Virus record (IMG/VR): IMGVR_UViG_3300027111_000206
Span: 6,686 to 70,685 of that record
Length of the DNA stretch: 64,000 bases
Reading direction: 5' to 3' (one strand)
From: a virus
The notes beneath the pieces are model-generated. The model did not search any database, had not been told where the DNA came from, and saw only the letters and a program-made list of their open reading frames with translations. Below are positions 60,331 through 64,000 of the stretch, one piece after another. Numbering within the stretch: the stretch's first letter is position 1; every line of letters starts with the position of its first letter. The translations under genes were made by a program, and so were the position numbers.

Positions 60331-61371
60331 ATGAGCGAGCTCGACAATAGCGTCACGCTCACCGTCGGCGGGCTGGACTACGGCGGCTGGAAAAGCGTGG
60401 AAATCAGCGCGGACCTGGAGCGTCAGTTCCGCACCTTCAAACTCGACATCACCTGGCAATGGCCGGGGCAGACCCAGGCGGTGCCGATTCGTCCCGGTGA
60501 TGAATGCCAGGTGCGCATCGGTGCCGACCTGTTGCTCAGTGGCTATGTGTTCAAGGCCCCGATCAGTTATGACGGGCGCCAGATCACGCTGAGCATCGAA
60601 GGCGGGTCCAAGACCCAGGATCTGGTGGATTGTGCGGCGATCAACCGTCCCACCCAATGGCGCGGGCAGACGGTGCTGAGCATCGTCCAGGCCCTGGCGT
60701 CGCAATACGGCGTGGGCGTGGTGAGTGAAATCCCGGAAACCGCGCGGTTAAGCGAGCACAGCATCGTGCCGGGAGAAACCGTCTTCCAATCCATCGACCG
60801 CTTGCTGACGTTGTTCCGGGTGTTTTCCACCGACGACGCCGAGGGCCGCGTGCTGCTGGCCAAGCCGGGCAGCGGCGGGCGGGCCAGTGATGTGCTGGAG
60901 TTGGGCAAGAACATTCTCTCGGGCAACGCGCCGAGGGACTACAGCCAGGTGTTCTCTGAATACCGGGTCATCGGCCAGCACAAGGGCAATGACCAGCGCA
61001 GTGGAACCGCCGTGAGCGAGGTGTCGGGCACGGCCACTGACTTGAGTTTCAAACGCAAGCGGGTGACGGTGATCAGCGAAAGTGCCCAGTTGACCTTCGA
61101 GCTGGCCCAGCAGCGGGCCGACTGGGAAAGCGCCATCCGTACCGGCCGGGCCCTGACCACCACCTACCGCGTGCAGGGCTGGCGCCAGGCCAATGGCGAC
61201 CTGTGGCGGCACAATACCCTGGTGCGGGTGATCGATCCGGTGTTGGGGTTCGACGGCGACCTGCTGATTTCCAAGGTGACCTACTCACTGTCTGCCCAAG
61301 GCTCTGTCACCACCTTGCAAGTCGCCCCGCCCCATACCTTCGACGCGAACCCGGTCAAGCCCAAATCCTGA
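60331..61371 (+). CDS. Baseplate hub protein (Mu gpP-like)
   Basis: YGGWKSVEI; GSKTQDLVDC; VQGWRQ..G.LW..N. Confidence 0.88.
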   Translation: MSELDNSVTLTVGGLDYGGWKSVEISADLERQFRTFKLDITWQWPGQTQAVPIRPGDECQVRIGADLLLSGYVFKAPISYDGRQITLSIEGGSKTQDLVDCAAINRPTQWRGQTVLSIVQALASQYGVGVVSEIPETARLSEHSIVPGETVFQSIDRLLTLFRVFSTDDAEGRVLLAKPGSGGRASDVLELGKNILSGNAPRDYSQVFSEYRVIGQHKGNDQRSGTAVSEVSGTATDLSFKRKRVTVISESAQLTFELAQQRADWESAIRTGRALTTTYRVQGWRQANGDLWRHNTLVRVIDPVLGFDGDLLISKVTYSLSAQGSVTTLQVAPPHTFDANPVKPKS

Positions 61372-61400
61372 GCACAGTTTCCGTCCAGCACACCTCTTCT

Positions 61401-61422
61401 GTGGGAGCGGGCTTGCCCGCGA
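61401..61422 (+). repeat. Single REP element
   Basis: GTGGGAGCGGGCTTGCCCGCGA. Confidence 0.65.
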
Positions 61423-61495
61423 AGGCGGCGGTACAGCCACCGCCCACCCTGACCGGCGCCCAAGCCGCTCTCACCCGATTTCCGAAGGAACCCCA

Positions 61496-62005
61496 ATGAG
61501 CCTACTGACCCGCCTCCTGGCGCGCGGCACTGTCGTGCTCGCCAATTCGGCTTCCAAGTTGCAGTCGCTGCAGATGCGCCTCACTGCCGGCGAAGTGAAC
61601 GACGACATGGAGCACTTCGAACCCTACGGCTTCACCAGCAACCCCCTCGCCGGCGCGGAGGGCATTGCGACTTTCCTGGGCGGCGACCGCTCCCACGCGG
61701 TGGTGCTGGTGGTTGCCGACCGCCGCTTTCGTCTCAAGGCGCTGGCCCCCGGCGAAGTGGCGATCTACACCGACGAGGGCGACAGGATTCACTTCAAGCG
61801 CGGCCGAGTGATCGACATCGACACCGCCACCCTGAACATCCGCGCCAGCCGCGCGGTGAACATCGACAGCCCCGTCATCAACCACACCGGCAAGATCGTT
61901 TCCCAGGGCGACCAGATCGCCGGTGGCATCAGCCAGATCAAGCATGTGCATGTCGGCGTACAGGCCGGCAATGGCCAGACCGGTGCGCCGGCGGGAGGCC
62001 AATGA
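61496..62005 (+). CDS. Baseplate spike (gpV/Mu gp45-like)
   Basis: EHFEPYGFTSNP; GEVAIY; HVHVGV metal-tip motif. Confidence 0.88.
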   Translation: MSLLTRLLARGTVVLANSASKLQSLQMRLTAGEVNDDMEHFEPYGFTSNPLAGAEGIATFLGGDRSHAVVLVVADRRFRLKALAPGEVAIYTDEGDRIHFKRGRVIDIDTATLNIRASRAVNIDSPVINHTGKIVSQGDQIAGGISQIKHVHVGVQAGNGQTGAPAGGQ

Positions 62006-62403
62006 TGTTCATCAGCCAGAACCTGCACGCCGCGTTGACCCGCTCGGTGCTGATCAGCCTGTTCACCTGGCGCCGCGCCGCTGACGACGACGCCGTCGAT
62101 GACGAGGAGCGTTTCGGCTGGTGGGGCGACACCTTTCCCACGGTCGCCGATGACCGTATCGGCTCGCGGCTGTGGTTATTGCGACGGGTCAAGCTGACCC
62201 GCCAGACCCAGCTCGACGCCGAGTTCTATGCCCGCGAGGCGCTGCAATGGCTGATCGACGATGGCCATTGCAGCGCTGTCGAGCTCATCAGCGAACGCCT
62301 CGACGCCCAGCGCCTGAACCTGCGCACGGTCCTGACCCTGGCCAACGGCGAGCGCCTGGATATCAACCCCGATAACAGTTGGCAGGTGACTTATGCCGTT
62401 TGA
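62002..62403 (+). CDS. Baseplate protein (Mu gp46-like)
   Basis: SLFTWRRA; GWWGD; IGSRLWLL.R.KL. Confidence 0.85.
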   Translation: MMFISQNLHAALTRSVLISLFTWRRAADDDAVDDEERFGWWGDTFPTVADDRIGSRLWLLRRVKLTRQTQLDAEFYAREALQWLIDDGHCSAVELISERLDAQRLNLRTVLTLANGERLDINPDNSWQVTYAV

Positions 62404-63433
62404 AACCCCTTCGCTGCCGGTGCTGATCAAGCGCGCCCAAAGCGACCTGGCCAGCGATTCGCTGCGCCAGTCCGATGCTCAGGTGCTGGCCCGCACCCTC
62501 GGTGGCGCCGCCTATGGCCTGTATGGCTACCTGGACTGGATCGCCGAGCAGATTCTGCCGGACAAAGCCGACGAGTCGACCCTGGAGCGCATTGCCGCCC
62601 TGCGCCTGAACCAGGCGCGTAAAGCTGCCCAGGCGGCCAGCGGCACAGTCAGCTTCACGGCGAACGCCGGTGCGGTGCTGGATGCCGACACGCTGCTGCA
62701 AACCACCGATGGCCGCACCTACAAAGTGACCGCCGCCCGCACCACCGGCAATGGCCTGAACAGCACCACCGTTGTCGCACTGGAGGCCGGTAGCCTGGGC
62801 AATGCCGACGCCGGCCTGGTCCTTACGCCGGTGCAGCCGATCCTGGGTGTTGGCAGCAGCTTCACCGTGCTGGCGCCGGGGCTGACCGGCGGGGTCGCCC
62901 GGGAAAGCCTGGAGTCCCTGCGGGCGCGAGTGATCCGTTCCTACCGCATCATTCCCCACGGCGGCTCGGCGCAAGACTATGAAACCTGGGCCCTGGAGTG
63001 CCCCGGTATCACCCGCGCCTGGTGCCGCGGCAGTTATCTGGGACCCGGCACCGTCGGCCTGTTCGTCATGCGCGACGATGATCCGCAGCCGATTCCCAAT
63101 GCCGAGCAACTGGAAGAGGTCCGGACCCATATCGAACCGCTGCGCCCGGTGACCGCCGAAGTGCATGTGCTGGCGCCGACGCAGGTGCCGGTGACCTACC
63201 GGCTGCGCATCACCCCTGACACCAGCGCGGTTCGCGCGGCGATCGAGGCTCAATTGCGCGACCTGCACAACCGCGAAGCCGGCCTCGGCGAAACGCTGTT
63301 GCTGACCCACATCGCCGAAGCCATTAGCAGCGCCACGGGCGAAACCGATCACAAGTTGAGCGCGCCAGGCGCCGATGTGACCGCGGCCAGCAATCAGTTG
63401 CTGACGTTCGGGGGCTGCGTATGGCTGGAATAA
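62393..63433 (+). CDS. Baseplate J-like wedge protein (Mu gp47-like)
   Basis: QILPDKADE; ESLESLRARV; HGGS..DYETWA. Confidence 0.9.
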   Translation: MPFETPSLPVLIKRAQSDLASDSLRQSDAQVLARTLGGAAYGLYGYLDWIAEQILPDKADESTLERIAALRLNQARKAAQAASGTVSFTANAGAVLDADTLLQTTDGRTYKVTAARTTGNGLNSTTVVALEAGSLGNADAGLVLTPVQPILGVGSSFTVLAPGLTGGVARESLESLRARVIRSYRIIPHGGSAQDYETWALECPGITRAWCRGSYLGPGTVGLFVMRDDDPQPIPNAEQLEEVRTHIEPLRPVTAEVHVLAPTQVPVTYRLRITPDTSAVRAAIEAQLRDLHNREAGLGETLLLTHIAEAISSATGETDHKLSAPGADVTAASNQLLTFGGCVWLE

Positions 63434-64000
63434 GAACCGCCGGCGAGTACCAGGCCCAACTGCGCAGCCTGCTGCCCAGCGGCCCCGCCTGGGACCCGGA
63501 ACGAGTGCCGGAACTGGAGCAGGTGCTTGACGGCATCGCCCAGGAACTGGCGCGTCTCGATGCGCGTGCTGCTGATCTGTTACATGAAATGGACCCGGCG
63601 GGTGTGAGCGAACTGGTGCCGGATTGGGAGCGGGTGATGAACCTGCCAGACCCTTGCCTGGGCGCCACGCCGTTGTATGACGATCGCCGCCTGGCGGTGC
63701 GTCGACGCTTGCTGGCGGTTGGCAGCCAGGCCATTGCGTACTACGTGGAAATCGCCAGGAGCCAGGGCTACCCCAACGCCACCATCACCGAGCACAAGGC
63801 CCCTCGCATGGGCCGTGCACGGTTCGGCGAAGCCCATTTCGGCACCTGGCAGGCACAGTTCATGTGGACCCTCAACACCGGCGGTCGCCTGCTGCTCGGT
63901 CGGCGTTTTGGTGCCAGCTACTGGGGCGAGCGCTTTGGCGTCAACCCGGGCTCGGCCCTGGAGTGCCTGATCCACCGCAGTGCGCCAGTACACACGAAGG
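63421..64000 (+). CDS. YmfQ/Mu gp48-like baseplate protein (runs off window)
   Basis: QLRSLLPSGPAW; ELVPDWERVMNLPDPC; absent from ORF track because it lacks a stop in the window. Confidence 0.85.
   Translation, partial: MAGIRTAGEYQAQLRSLLPSGPAWDPERVPELEQVLDGIAQELARLDARAADLLHEMDPAGVSELVPDWERVMNLPDPCLGATPLYDDRRLAVRRRLLAVGSQAIAYYVEIARSQGYPNATITEHKAPRMGRARFGEAHFGTWQAQFMWTLNTGGRLLLGRRFGASYWGERFGVNPGSALECLIHRSAPVHTK

Larger units (their letters stand above)
51942..64000 (+). mobile_element. R-type (Mu-like contractile) tailocin cluster, continues beyond window
   Basis: PrtR-like repressor, holin, sheath, tube, tape measure and baseplate genes without head/terminase genes; next to mutS. Confidence 0.88.

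Noticed and set aside
51942-64000. Second intact (Mu-like) prophage
   Set aside because: No transposase, terminase, portal or capsid between repressor and tail genes; the layout and mutS linkage fit a tailocin.

Overview
Pseudomonas chromosomal window (fluorescens-complex-like REP elements). (1) Positions <1-~49698 hold a lambdoid siphovirus prophage; its left end and integrase lie outside the window. It has a leftward early arm (C5 DNA methylase, Exo/ERF recombination genes, many small ORFs), a cI/cro immunity region with readable OL/OR operators, replication, nin and Q genes, head, lambda-like tail and a split lysis cassette. The early arm carries a complete diversity-generating retroelement (Avd - TR - RT). 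Its 102-nt TR matches three variable regions at the 3' ends of three small cytoplasmic DUF1566/CLec-like genes, one about 7.7 kb away; none is the tail fibre. (2) The right prophage junction cuts the host mutS gene just after MNTAVNDLSSHTPMMQQY (49698-49751, minus strand), so the prophage sits inside mutS. (3) Positions ~49750-51870 are a small variable host locus: zeta-like ATPase plus small partner, a C4-type antisense RNA unit with a frameshifted DUF6124-like gene, and a REP doublet. (4) Positions 51942->64000 are the mutS-linked R-type (Mu-like contractile) tailocin with a PrtR-like repressor, Com and a DUF642-like cargo gene. Several unassigned structured RNA-like elements lie in the phage late leader. 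All product names come from motif recognition by eye; no database search was run.
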